Shown piece by piece: positions 22,846 through 35,133 of a stretch of DNA of 64,000 nt (its first letter is position 1; each line of letters opens with the position of its first letter). A model generated the notes under the pieces. It did no database searches. It was not told the DNA's origin and saw only the letters and a program-made list of their open reading frames with translations. The position numbers and the translations under genes are program-made. Origin of the DNA: Mobula hypostoma (Eukaryota); NCBI RefSeq assembly GCF_963921235.1, contig NC_086106.1:11284001-11348000 (forward strand). The letters are read 5' to 3'.

Positions 22846-23568
22846 CAACACACATCAAAGTTGCCGGTGAACGCAGCAGGCCAGGCAGCATTTCTAGGAA
22901 GAGGTGCAGTCGACGTTTCAGGCCGAGACCCTTCGTCAGGACTAACTGAAGGAAGAGTGAGTAAGAGATTTGAAAGTGGGAGGGGGAGGGGGAGATCCAA
23001 AATAATAGGAAAAGACAGGAGGGGGAGGGTTGGAGCCGAGAGCTGGACAGGTGATTGGCAAAAGGGATATGACAGGATCATGGGACAGGAGGCCCAGGGA
23101 GAAAGACGGGGGGGGGGTGACCCAGAGGATGGGCAAGGGGTATAGTCAGAGGGACAGAGGGAGAAAAAGGAGAGAGAAAAAGAATGTGTGTATATAAATA
23201 AATAACGGATGGGGTATGAGGGAGAGGTGGGGCATTAGCAGAAGTTAGAGAAGTCGATGTTCATGCCATCAGGTTGGAGGCTACCCAGACGGAATATAAG
23301 GTGTTGTTCCTCCAACCTGAGTGTAGCTTCATCTTTACAGTAGAGGAGGCCGTGGATAGACATGTCAGAATGGGAATGGGATGTGGAATTAAAATGAGTG
23401 GCCACTGGGAGGTCCTGCTTTCTCTGGAGGACAGAGCATAGGTGTTCAGCAAAACGGTCTCCCAGTCTGCGACAGGTCTTGCCAATATATAGAAGGCCAC
23501 ATCGGGAGCACCGGACGCAGTATATCACCCCAGCCGACTCACAGGTGAAGTGTCGCCTCACCTGGAAG
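22846..23568 (-). mobile_element. Penelope-like element, 5'-truncated (GIY-YIG endonuclease plus 3' terminus)
   Basis: ORF 23235-23561 FTCESAGVIYCVRCSRCGLLYIGKT...RFAEH (GIY-YIG with CxxC). Perfect 11-bp TSD gatcctcacag at 22835-22845 and 23569-23579. Confidence 0.9.
22908..22943 (-). ncRNA. Minimal type I hammerhead ribozyme motif (Penelope-associated)
   Basis: The - strand reads AGUC CUGACGA AGG-GUCUCGG-CCU GAAA C GUC GACU: stem I AGUC/GACU, conserved CUGANGA and GAAA boxes, stem II AGG/CCU, GUC cleavage triplet, and palindromic ACGU in place of a stem III hairpin. Confidence 0.75.
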
Positions 23569-24220
23569 GATCCTCACAGTGCTGTCCTGCTTGTGCAAAT
23601 GGGAGTAGGCTCTGTTCAGCAGGTGGATGACAGCATCGTCGACTCCAATGTGCCTCTGGTAGGCAAACTGTGGGGGATCTGACTGGGGTCGGAGGTGAGC
23701 CAGGACCAGCTTCCCTAGGGTCTTCATGATGTGTGAAGTCAGGGCCACTGGACTTTCTGTTGGCCCCTTCTGGGACCACACGTGATGTTTTCTACACAGT
23801 CAGGACCCTTTCCAGGCTGAGCCTCAGATTGAAAAGGCACTGCAGAACTCCACACAGCTGCTCAGCACACTCCTTCAAGAGCTTGGGGTTCAAGTGCCTT
23901 GCCATGTCTGAGTTTCCCCAGAGCCGTTTCTCACCTGCTCAGTCATGAAGGTGAGTCCATGACGGCTGGGGCGTTGATTGGAAGGTGGGGGTCGAGACGA
24001 TAGCAGTTGGTCTGTGGAGGTGTGGATGGTAGGTGCAGGGCAAGGAGGCGACGGGGACAGTGGTAGCCTGTGTTGTTCATCCGCATGTTGAGCTGGAGGA
24101 GGGAGGAGGGGAGATGCTGTTGCTGAGGGGGCACTGGGTGCCTTGGCATCAGGGCTGGTGTGCTGAGAGGGTGTGAACAGGAGGACAAACCTATTTAAGA
24201 ATTGGTTTAACTCATTAGCC

Positions 24221-24370
24221 CAGTGGTCCCCAACCTCCGGGCCGCTGACCGATACATTGCCGTGAAGAATGCAGGGGCACAACGGTAGTTGGAACGCACC
24301 CAGCACATCTTTAAGAAAAAAGCCGAAATAAACAAGCTAATTAATTAGATGCGGAGGTTGGGGACCATTG
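24221..24370. mobile_element. hAT-like MITE (150 bp)
   Basis: Terminal inverted repeats cagtggtccccaacctcc / ggaggttggggaccattg; no clear TSD. Confidence 0.6.
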
Positions 24371-24469
24371 ACGGCTGCATTGCGAGGCTCTGCAGCGAGG
24401 CTGATTGAAGCCAGTGATGCTCTTTATGCCTCTCCTCACCTCCCGTGAGCTACTTTGGATGTCGAGATG

Positions 24470-24800
24470 GAGCTACGTCTCTACCAAAGAGGGCGTAAGG
24501 TTCTCCTTCCCTCCGCTAGCCTGCAGGACGCCCTCGGGCAAGGTGTAGCACCTGCTTAGCCCCCGATCAGGGTCACGCGAAGCCGTGGGGGTGGGTGGTG
24601 GACGGTCGTACGAGCAGCCAGTGCAGATCACAAGTCCTGGTTATGCGACCACTGACTTCAGGCAGGCAATCTCTGAAGGGTGTTGATAATGGCTGGGGGG
24701 GGTCACCCGTCTTGTAAAGACACTGCCCAGAAGAAGGCAATGGCAAACAACTTCGGCAGAAAACATTTTGCCAAAAACAATCATGGTCATGATCGTCCAC
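24470..24800 (+). repeat. Unclassified interspersed repeat, inverted copy of 20295-20620
   Basis: Direct sequence comparison. Confidence 0.6.
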
Positions 24801-25019
24801 AATATGATGAAACATGATGATGTCATACAACAGGGCACATGATGATGATGAAATATAGAACATGAGAGCACAGAAGCAGAGCCTTCAGGCCACTGTGTCT
24901 CTGCTGACCCCAATGCCAAATTACACTTATCTCATCCCTCCATTAGCTGCCTGTTAAATGCCTCTTAACTAACACACATTGGGGTCAAGGATAGTGGTGA
25001 ATATTCTTAGCTCGGGTTG

Positions 25020-26125
25020 AGGAGTTTGATGTTGTGGTGTTCGCCGAGCTTGGCAATTACCTTGCAGACGTTTCATCACCACTTGAGCTGACACCCTCGG
25101 TGCACGGTTGTTGGTGTTCCTCTCTGGGAGCGCTTGTGTTTATATTGCCCCCTCTCCCCATTCACTGATCGGCACCCCCTTCAGTTGACCTCTGAATTCT
25201 ATTGGCTCGTGTTTCTTTGCCTCCTAGGGATTCGTACATGGCGTCTATTTTGATATGTTTCAATAGACAATGGGTGCAGGAGTAGGCCATTCAGCCCCTC
25301 GAGCCAGCACCACCATTCACTGTGATCGTGGCTGATCATCCACAATCAGTACCCTGTTCCTGCCTTCTCCCCACATCCCTTCACTCCGCTATCTTTAAGA
25401 GCTCTATCTAACTCTTTCTTGAAAGAATCCAGAGAATTGGCCTCCACTGCCTTCTGAGGCAGAGCATTCCACAGAACCACAACCCTCTGTGTGAAAAAGT
25501 TCTTCCTCAACTCCGTTCTAAATTGTCTACCTCTTATTCTTAAACTGTGGCCTCTGGTTCTGGACTCCCCCAACATTGGGAACATGTTTCCTGCCTCTAG
25601 CGTGTCCAATCCCCTCATAATCTTATATGTTTCAATCAGATCCCCTCTCAGCCTTCTAAATTCCAGTGTATACAAGCCCAGTCGCTCCAATCTTTCAACA
25701 TATGACAGTCCCTCCTTCTTCATGGAGTTATCAGCGGAGAGGCAGGTTTCTAAAAATTTTGCCTGCCTGCTTCATGTTCTCCTGCGCCAGAACCTCCGTA
25801 GTCTCCCAGTTAAAGTGGTGACCTTCTTGGTCTTCGTGTACCAAGATCGGGGACAGTGGATCGTGTCTCTATACTGCCAGTTTGTGTTCCTGTAAAGGAG
25901 TTGAGAGTTTATGCCCTGTCTGGTCAATGTAACTCTTGCTGCAGTCTCCACAGGAGATCCTGTACACCACATTGCCTTTGTCAGTTGTCTTTTCTGGTTC
26001 CTTGGTTTGTGAGGCACCCCTCCTTAATGTCGCCGTTGGCTTGTGAGTGATTGTGATGCCGTGAGGTTCGTGCAGTCGAGCTGACATTTCTGAGATGTTC
26101 TTGATGTAGGGCAAGGTCATTGGGG
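25020..26125 (-). mobile_element. Second Penelope-like family (GIY-YIG), split by a CR1 insertion
   Basis: LPYIKNISEMSARL..GITITHKP..GNVVYRISCGDCSKSYIDQT..EH (25869-26120); terminus with gaaacgtc on the - strand near 25064-25103. Confidence 0.75.
25261..25715 (-). mobile_element. CR1/HER1-like LINE 3' end
   Basis: LSYVERLERLGLYTLEFRRLRGDLIETYK..TRGHSLRI..FFTQRVV. Confidence 0.9.
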
Positions 26126-26739
26126 GGGGGGTCTCTGTTCCACCCATCGCAGGACCCTCAGGATTGTCAGTGATCCCTCCCATCCATCCAACAATCGCTT
26201 TGACAACCCACCCTCCCCCACCATCAGGCAGGAGGTACTGTAGCATTGAGACAAGAACTGTTAGGGTGGGAATCATCTTCTTTCTCCAGGTCGTAAGACT
26301 ACTGAGATCCCTCCCACCACCCAGGTCTCATCACGCGTGAGGCACCAGTAGCATTATACTGTTAACTTTTTAAATTGTATCGTACATGCACCTTATCATT
26401 TGTTAATTTATTTGTGGTAATGTTACTTTATGCCTTCTATGCCTTACAAGGCGAAAACGAAAGACTGTGTGGCACACCACTGCTCTCACGGGCAGGAGGT
26501 GGCCATTGACTCACAGAGAGTCCATCCGCCCTCTGTCAGGTTTTGTTTTTAGTCCTGCTGGGTGCCTACGCACCCTCCTCCTTGGTTAACCAAAGTGCAC
26601 TGGTTGAGTCGCCGACAACCCGACCCGAGACAGGCAGTACTGGGCTACGTGGTACCAGTAGCAAGGCAGGGCCCTGAGTGTCGGAGTAATCCTAGGTAAC
26701 CCTGAGTAATCCTAGGCCTTAGTCGACATAGTAATATAA

Positions 26740-27345
26740 ACCATATAACCATATAACAATGACAGCATGGAAACAGGCCATCTCAGCCCTTCTAGTCTGT
26801 GCCGAACTCTTACTCTCACCTAGTCCCACTGACCTGCACTCAGCCCATAACCCTCCATTCCTTTCCTGTCCATATACTATCCCATTTTTTATAAATGACA
26901 AAATCGAACCTGCCTCTACCACTTCTGCTGGAAGTTCGTTCCACACAGCTACCACTCTCTGAGTCAAGAAGTTCCCCCTGATGTTACCCCTAAACTTTTG
27001 CCCTTTAACTCTCAACTCATGTCCTCTTGTTTGAATCTCCCCACTCTCAATGGAAAAAACCTATCCACGTCAACTCTATCAATCCCCCTCATAAATTTAA
27101 ATACCTCTATCAAGTCGTTCCCCCCCCCCACCAACCTTCTACGCTCCAAAGAATAAAGACCTAACTTGTTCAACCTTAGGTGCTGGAACGCAGGTAACAT
27201 TCTAGTAAATCTCTTCTGTACTCTCTCTAGTTGTTGACATCTTTCCTATAATTCGGTGACCAGAACTGTACACAATACTCCAAATTTGGCCTCACCATTG
27301 CCTTGTACAATTTTAACATTACTTCCCAACTCCTATACTCAATAG
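26740..27345 (-). mobile_element. CR1-like LINE 3' end
   Basis: LNKLGLYSLERRRL..NFLTQRVVAVWNELP; (ccatataa)n tail; near-identical to the 29915-30515 copy in opposite orientation. Confidence 0.85.
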
Positions 27346-27764
27346 TAGTAGTAATATTACTTTAAGTGTTTTGTGTGTGAGTTATAGGTACTCTGTTGTG
27401 CACCTTGGTCCAGAGGAACGTTGTCTCATCTTGTCTAGTGGTGTACACGTGTACAGTTGAATGACAATAAACTGAACTGTTACAGAACTCTGCAAAAGTT
27501 GCACATGTAAGACAACTGGAAAGTGAAGAAGCTTTCAAAAATGTCACATTTACTATAAAGAGCAGTAAACAGAATATAACTAAAATTGATATTTGGCGTG
27601 ACCACGCTTTAGCTTTAAAACTACACAAGTTCTCTCGGGTGCACTGTCATGCAGTGTTACAAGAAAATCGGCTGGTAGGTTGTTCAAGGCCTGTTGGAGA
27701 ACTAGCCACAGTTCTTCAGCAGACTTTGGCTGTCTGGCTTGCTTCTGCCTCTCCAGATAATGGC

Positions 27765-28190
27765 CAGTATGGGAACTGTACCTCCCTCGATCGCAGGACT
27801 CTGCAGAGAGTGGTGCGGACAGCCCAGCGCATCTGTAGATGTGAACTTCCCACTACTCAGGACATTTACAGAGACAGGTGTGTAGAAAAGGGCCTGAAGG
27901 ATCACTGGGGACCCGAGTCACCCCAACCACAAACTGTTCCAGCTGCTCCAATCCGGGAAACAGTACCGCAGCATAAAAGCCAGGACCAACAGGCTCTGGA
28001 ATAGCTTCTTCCACCAGACTGATTAATTCACGCTGACACAACTGTATCTCTATGTTATGTTGACTGTCCTGTTGTGCATACTATTTATTATAAATTACTA
28101 TAAGTTGCGCATTTAGACGGAGACGTAACGTAAAGACTTTTACTCCTCATTTATATGAAGGATGTAAGTAACAAACTCAATGCAATTCAG
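27765..28190 (+). mobile_element. Rex1/Babar-like LINE 3' fragment
   Basis: YGNCTSLDRRTLQRVVRTAQRI motif. Confidence 0.7.
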
Positions 28191-29914
28191 GCAGCCTCAG
28201 TGACGTCGAGGTCAGGGATCCGTGGAAGCCTTATCGTCTGAAACCATATTTTTAAAAAAATCCAGGGTGCCTAAGACTTTTGCAAGAGTACTGCACACCT
28301 GCTTCCATCTCCAGCCCTGACAGTGCTCTCGTTTACCCAGCCCGTCTCCTCTAAGTTATCCCCCAACACCTCAATGCCCTCTCTTCGTTTCCATCCTGGG
28401 AATAAGACGGGTTTCAGGGTCTGAGATAGGGGAATGCAAACCGCCACACACAACGGAGATTATTCCTGACCAAATAACTTCCTGGCCACTTGTTAAGCAG
28501 GTATAGTGGCTTTGAGAGAGGCGGAGGGCCAAAGCTATGAGGATTACAATGATTTTCATAAGTTGCAGGCCATTTGGCCCATCGAGTCTTTGCTGACTCT
28601 GAGCATTTATTTTTAGCAGTCCCATTCCCAGTAACCTGTTCCCTCCCACATAACCATCAGATAATGCCCCTAAATGTTTGGGAAGTGAGGGAAACCAACG
28701 CACCTCAGGAGAGTTGGGGTGGGGTGGAACCCCACACGGTCCCAGGGAGAACCTGCAAACTCCACACGGACAGCACCAGAGTTCGAGATCAAACCTTTGC
28801 CCCCGGAGCCGTTGAGACAGGGGTACTCTTTGCGGCCTAGGGTGGAGCGAGGGGCTGTCCTTCCTCGGTGGGTCCCGGGGGTTCTCCTGCCACGCACACC
28901 AAGCGCGCAGGAGTTGGACACGTGAGGCCCTGAATGCTCGGGACTTTTACCCGTAGAAGAGGGGAACTCCAGTGTTGCGAACATTCTGGGAGATGTAGGG
29001 AGGGGGGTGGTGTGTGGAACAGGACCTTAAGACATAGGAACAGAATTAGGCCATTCAGCCCATCGAATCTTCTCTGCCATTCAGTCTTGACTGGTTAACT
29101 TCCCCTCTCAACCCCATTCTTCCGCCGTCTCCCTGTAACCTTTGACGCCTTGACCAATCAAGAACCTATCAACGTCTGCTCGGCCCCCGCGGCCGTCTCT
29201 ATGGCAACGGATTCCACAGATTCGCCAATTGAAGAAATCCCTCCTCATCTCCGTTCTAAAGGGATGTCCTAGATGGTCCCTCTATTGGAAACACCCTCCT
29301 GCGCGTCAACTCTGTCTGGGCCTTTCAACATTCAGTAGGTTTCAATGCCCCCTCCTCCCCCCCCCCGCGTACAGTCCCAGAGCTCATCTTACATTAACCC
29401 TTTCATTCTCCTGAGCCTCCTCTGGACCCTCTCCAATACCAGCACCTACTTTTTTTTTGTTAATTTTTTTAATGCGTTTCTGCAATAGAGCTACAGAAAA
29501 AAACCCATCAACAAAATGGAGATTTATACAGTGCAAAACAAACAAGTCCAATATATAGTTCATAACTATGAAAAAAAAGCACCTAAAATAAAAACATGTA
29601 AGATTAGTATCCACCCCAACCTCCCACTGAGGAAAAAAAAACCCAGGCCAACCATTTCAGTGTGTAAAAGAAAAAAAAATTAATCGGAGCATTCAACCGC
29701 ACAGAGCTGTCAATATATATAAGAAAAGAGAAAATGTAATGCCGACCAGCAAAACTATAATGCAATTCACAACAAAAAACCGTAAAACTTACAGGAAAAA
29801 AAAGCTGAAAGTAAGGATTGTAGCATACAAAAAAAAGGATAAACTTTCTAAGGGACCCAAAACTCCTCACTATACTCCAAGGAAGGCCTCACCAGTGCTT
29901 TAGAAAGCCTCAGC

Positions 29915-30515
29915 ATTTTTAGGAGTATGGGAGTTGGGATGTAATGTTGAAATTGTACAAGGCATTGGTGAGGCCAAATTTGGAGTATTGCGTACAGTTC
30001 TGGTCACCGAATTATAGGAAAGATGTCAACAAAACAGAGAGAGTACAGAGAAGATTTACTAGAATGTTACCTGTGTTTCATCTCCTAAGTTACAGAGAAA
30101 GGTTGAACAAGTTGGGTCTTTATTCTTTGGAACATAGAAGTTTAAGGGGGGACTTGATAGAGGTGTTTAAAATTATGAGAGTTGATGTGGATAGGCTTTT
30201 TCCATTGAGATTGGAGGAGATTCAAACAAGAGGACATGAGTCGAGTGTTAAAGGGCAAAAGTTTAGGGGTAACATGAGGGGGAACTTCTTTACTCAGAGA
30301 GTGGTAGCTGTGTGGAACGAGCTTCCAGCAGAAGTGGTTGAGGCTGGTTCGATGTTGTCATTTAAAGTTAAATTGGACAGATATATGGACAGGAAGGGAA
30401 TGGAGGGTTATGGGTTGAGTGCAGGTTGGTGGGACTAGGCGAGAGTAAGAGTTCCGCAGGGACTAGAGGGGCCAAGATGGCCTGTTTCCATGCTGTAATT
30501 GTTATATGGTTATAT
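29915..30515 (+). mobile_element. CR1-like LINE 3' end
   Basis: ORF 29944-30438 MLKLYKALVRPNLEYCVQFWSP...TRGH...FFTQRVV. Confidence 0.9.
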
Positions 30516-30699
30516 GATATTCTAGTTCTCTGGAAATAAGTGCTAACATTCCATTTGCCCTTCTTTCCAATCTGCCAGTTAACCTTTCTGGAGTTCTGTA
30601 GGAGGACTCCCAAGCCCCTTTGCACCCCCCATTTCTGAATTCATTTCCCATCTTAAAAATAGCCTACATCGTTAATAGCAAACAGATCATTTTTTTGAG

Positions 30700-31800
30700 C
30701 CGGCTGCGTCCACCAGCAACTTTTCTGTGTATTTTTTGAACCCTGTGCTTGGCTGGAGGAAGTCTCCAGCTATCCGGGGTTGTGCAGAAGAGTGTGCGGA
30801 GTTTGGGGTCAGCAGGTCAGGCGCCTGACTTGCGCATTTCGTGCTCTGTCACCGCTGGATCCGAAGATTCAGGAAGAGGCCATTCCGCCCCTCGAGGCTG
30901 TCACACTTTTGCTCGATGAGATCGTGGGCTGATCGGCGCCCTTCTCGCCGGAGTCTCATGACGGGCCCGAGGAATCATCAGAAGTCCTCGGGCTCCGGCT
31001 TCTGCATTCGCCGCGATGCGGGATGAGTCAGCCCTGACTCGTCCGTGGGCTCCGTCCTCCGCTCCCACACTCGACTTCCTCCTACCCCCTGCTGCTCCTC
31101 AGGGCCGCTACGAGCCGGCTGCCCTCCTTGGAATGCCAGTCTGGCCCGGGGGACGTTAATTCACGGACTGCCGTCGCCCGGGTAGCTTCCTCGGAGCCAG
31201 TTTCATCTTCGGGCAGTTCGATTGAATTCTCCCCGGTGTAAAATCAGGGACTTTGCCAGAGGTGGTATCGGTGTTCCTGCTCTCTGAAGCCGGTCAGACA
31301 GGTACCTGAGTTTGCTCTTTGCTGCGGTGGGGGCTGTGTCGCCCTGCTTTGGGAGGGGATCTCGTTCCGTGAAACCCGGGTGTCAAAATCACACCCCCCC
31401 CACCCCAAGCACAGCCTCCCGGTTATGGAGTGGGAGGTTCGGATCTCTGGACAGTGTGTTGCTGCTGTCAGCTTTCAGTTTCTGTTCCCCTGTTGTGTGC
31501 GTGCGGATTGAAACGGGGGTGGCGACGGCTTTTTCCTGTATATCAGGTGACTCGGAGCGGCTGCCGCTGCCTCCCAGCCGGGCGAAGCTGCGGGCAGGAC
31601 ACTCGGCTCGGCAGCGGGCAGGAGGATGGGTTGACGCCGAGGTAAGGGCGGGGGGCGCTGGGGGGTAAACGCCGGCGGGCCGGTCCTGAGCCGGAGGAAG
31701 CGACGGTGGGCAGCCTCTCCTGCCCCCCCCCCCGCCCCCTCCGTGCCGTGAATGTTCTCAGTGACACGGTCTCACCCCTTGGCCCTGGTTCCCCGACTCT
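30700..31800. promoter_or_regulatory. CpG-rich region containing a probable 5' UTR exon (31547-31641) of the SERTAD1-like gene
   Basis: High CpG density; acceptor ttttcctgtatatcAG 31545-31546; donor GAG|GTAAGG at 31642; X-box-like GTTACCCTGGCAAC nearby at 31955-31968. Confidence 0.45.
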
Positions 31801-33704
31801 TCTATCTTCACCCTGAACCTCTGGAAGAATTGCCGCTTGTTGTTTGGACAGCGATTTGGGACGGGGAGGGGGTTGTCTTGCGAATTCTGGAGGGGCAGGC
31901 TGTCTTCCTGCTCCTTTTGACGGCTGGGACCTCTTTCCGGCTTCGAGTGAGCCAGTTACCCTGGCAACAGTTACCCTTCTGGGGTGGGGGTGGGGGTACG
32001 CACCCGTCTCCCTGGCGTTGCTGCTCCCATCTCCCAAGGGTGCCCCGTGCCACCAAGGCTGGGCGAACCTCTCCTACACTGGGATAGGATCTTCCTGCCC
32101 CATCCTCTCCACCTGTGGGTGGACTTTGAGGGGGGAGATGAGGGAGACCAGCTCTGGAGATCGAACAGCATCCATCCATACAGTGAAGGTGGGGGGGGAG
32201 GGGTAACTTTAACCCGTTCCAACTTTAACCCATTACACTTGCCCAAAGTACGTACTCTTGATCCATCTCTGATATGCATCTGATTAGTTTGGCGGGAGAG
32301 GGAGGGGGTAGGAGGGGCAAATATGGGGGTAGGGGAGAAGGACTTTGTGCTGCTGCTGTCTGTGAACGGGGGGGTGGGGGAGGAGAGGAGGGGAGGGGGT
32401 TTGTGTTAGGAGAAAGGCCAGTCTGGGAATGATGGGAGGTGTTGGGGGGGTAGGAATGGGTTAACATCCCCGCCAAATGGTGCCAACTGTCCGAGCCCCA
32501 GAGCTGGTCTATATCAGCTCCCCCTTGGTGTCCGCCTTTGTTGCCCAGATTTGGAAATGATGGGGCAGGAAGATCCCATCCCGATGTAGGTTCCCTTGGT
32601 GATAACCACCAGTTCAGAGCATCCGTAAGACATGCCAGATACCCAAGGAGAGATGAAGGGTCGCGGGGGGGGAGATGGAAGAGTCAATGGGTGCTGGCTG
32701 GGTACATTGGAGGTTGGCGGGGACTGGATGTGGGGGGTGTCAGGGAGGGTTGCGTGAGTAGACTGGAGATTGGTTGAGCTGGATGTGGGTGGCCCAGTGG
32801 GGGCCGGCTGGGTAGAGTTGTTGGTGGGGGGGGGGATCAACGGGAGCTGGCAGGATAGAGTTGAGTTTGGTGGAGGCTGGGTGGGAGAATGGAGGGGGGT
32901 CTCGATGGGGCCTGGGAGCTGTTGAGAAGCTCGCTGAGTGTGAATGATCAGGTAGGGGGCCTGGGTCACCCAGGAGGAGGCAATAATTTGAGGTCTCGGC
33001 TGATAACTTCCAAAATCGATCCGTTAGGATCAGAGCGGTTTAATATCTTGCCGACAATGATCAACTTCCTTCAACGGGCCTAAACGTTGTGGGGCATCTG
33101 GCGGGTGGGTCATGCCCCAGTGCCCGATGCCAAATCACGGGGACCATGGAAGGGGTGGGGTTTGGTGGAGACGGTCAGGGCAGAGGTTCGGGGCGTGGTG
33201 GGCCGATCAAGTTCAGGGACACCCAACGGGCTGGAGTGTCGAGACCGCAGAGATGGTTACGGAGGCGGGCGGGGTTAAGCTGCTCAACCTTCTGGTTCCA
33301 CTGGTGTTTGTTGCGTGAGCTACTCTGCCAGCCAGGGCTCACCGGGAACAATCCCAGATCTCTGGCAGCCGCTGAACAGCCTGTAGTGTTACCACGCTTC
33401 TAGTACTGACTCGGCATGGCTTACCAACACCAACTTTAAAAAGTGAGAGGAGACCGGAATACCCACGGAGTCACGGGGAGGTTATACAAGTTCCTCACAG
33501 GCAGCGGCGGGAATCGAACCCTGATAACAGCGCAGGCACGTACTTACTGCCAAGCTTCCGTGACGCCCGTCTGAGGTTCCTGAGAGAAGGGTGTTGCCTG
33601 GATTGGGGAGCATGCCTTATGAGAATAAGTTGAGTGAACGTGGTCTTTTCTCCTTGGAGTGACAGAGGATGAGAGGTGACCTGATAGAGGTGTATAAGAG
33701 GTGG

Positions 33705-34490
33705 CAAAAATAGGAAAACAGATTATTATCTGAATGGTGGCCGATTAGGAAAAGGGGAGGTGCAACGAGATCTGGGTGTCATTATACACCAGTCATTGAA
33801 AGTGGGCATGCAGGTACAGCAGGCGGTGAAAAAGGCGAATGGTAAGCTGGCATTTATAGCGAGAGGATTGGAGTACAGGAGCAGGGAGGTACTGCTGCAG
33901 TTGTACATGGCCTTGGTGAGACCACAACTGGAGTATTGTGTGCAGTTTTGGTCCCCTAATCTGAAGAAAGACATCCTTGCCACAGAGGGAGTACAAAGAA
34001 GGTTCACCAGATTGATTCCTGGGATGGCAGGACTTCCATATGAAGAAAGACTAGATGAACTGGGCTTGTACTCGTTGGAATTTAGAAGATTGAGGGGGGA
34101 TCTGATTGAAAGGTATAAAATCCTAAAGGGATTGGACAGGCTAGATGCAGGAAGATTGTTCCCGATGTTGGGGAAGTCCAGAACGAGGGGTCACAGTTTG
34201 AGGATAAGGGGGAAGCCTTTTAGGACCAAGATTAGGAAAAACTTCTTCACACAGAGAGTGGTGAATCTGTGGAATTCTCTGCCACAGGAAACAGTTGAGG
34301 CCAGTTCATTGGCTATATTTAAGAGGGAGTTAGACATGGCCCTTGTGGCTACGGGGATCAGGGGGCATGGAGGGAAGGCTGGTGCAGGGTTCTGAGTTGG
34401 ATGATCAGCCATGATCATAATAAATGGCGGTGCAGGCTCGAAGGGCCGAATGGCCTACTCCTGCACCTATTTTCTATGTTTCTACGTTTC
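33705..34490 (+). mobile_element. CR1/HER1-like LINE 3' end with intact reading frame
   Basis: ORF 33760-34395 (211 aa) is the CR1 ORF2 C-terminus; (tttctatg)n tail. Confidence 0.9.
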
Positions 34491-35133
34491 TAAGACGCTT
34501 AGAGGCAATGTGTGTGGTTAGGGCGTTGGGCTCACGATCTGAAGGTCGTGGGTTCGAGTCTCGGCCAGGGCAGCGTGTTGTGTCTTAACCAATTTCCCCC
34601 GGGATGAGTAAGTCATGACTATGACCATGTGGGTAGCCAGAGGCTTTTTCCCAGGGCTGAAATGGCTTACATGAGGGGTCATAGTTTTAAGGTACTTGGA
34701 AGCAGGTACAAGGGAAGTTTTTCACACAGTAGTGGGTGCATGGAATGCACTGCCGGCGACGGTGGTGGGGGCGGATACAATAGGCTCTTTTAAGAGATTA
34801 GATGGGTACATGGAGCTTAGGAAAATAGAGGTAGGGAAACTGTAGGCAGTTTCTAGACAAGGTTGCATGGTCGGCACAACATTGTGGGCTGAAGGGCCTG
34901 TGATGTGCTGTAGATTTCTATGATCCCACAAGGCATGCCCCCTTTATATTGCTACCTTCTTAGAGGAGAAACAGGAGCCTGAAGTTACACACTCTTATGT
35001 TTTCGGAACGGTTTCTTCCACTCCGCTATCCGATTTCTGAATGGACAATGAACCCATGACGCTCCCTCACTATTTGTCCTCTCCTTTTGCGCTACTTACT
35101 TAATTTTTTAATACTTTTCGTTATATTTTATTG

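Larger units (their letters stand above)
21780..24470 (-). mobile_element. Rex1/Babar-like LINE (RT region), interrupted by Penelope and MITE insertions
   Basis: PVALTSHIMKTL..QFAYQRHIGVDDAV (23539-23781), FDFSSAFNTIQP (~22800-22835), LYFLRRLRSF..HPLH (21896-22357). Confidence 0.85.

Noticed and set aside
33760-34395. 200-aa-class ORFs (also 29944, 51721 and 21896) as host genes
   Set aside because: They are LINE ORF2 C-termini present in many copies with LINE 3' tails.
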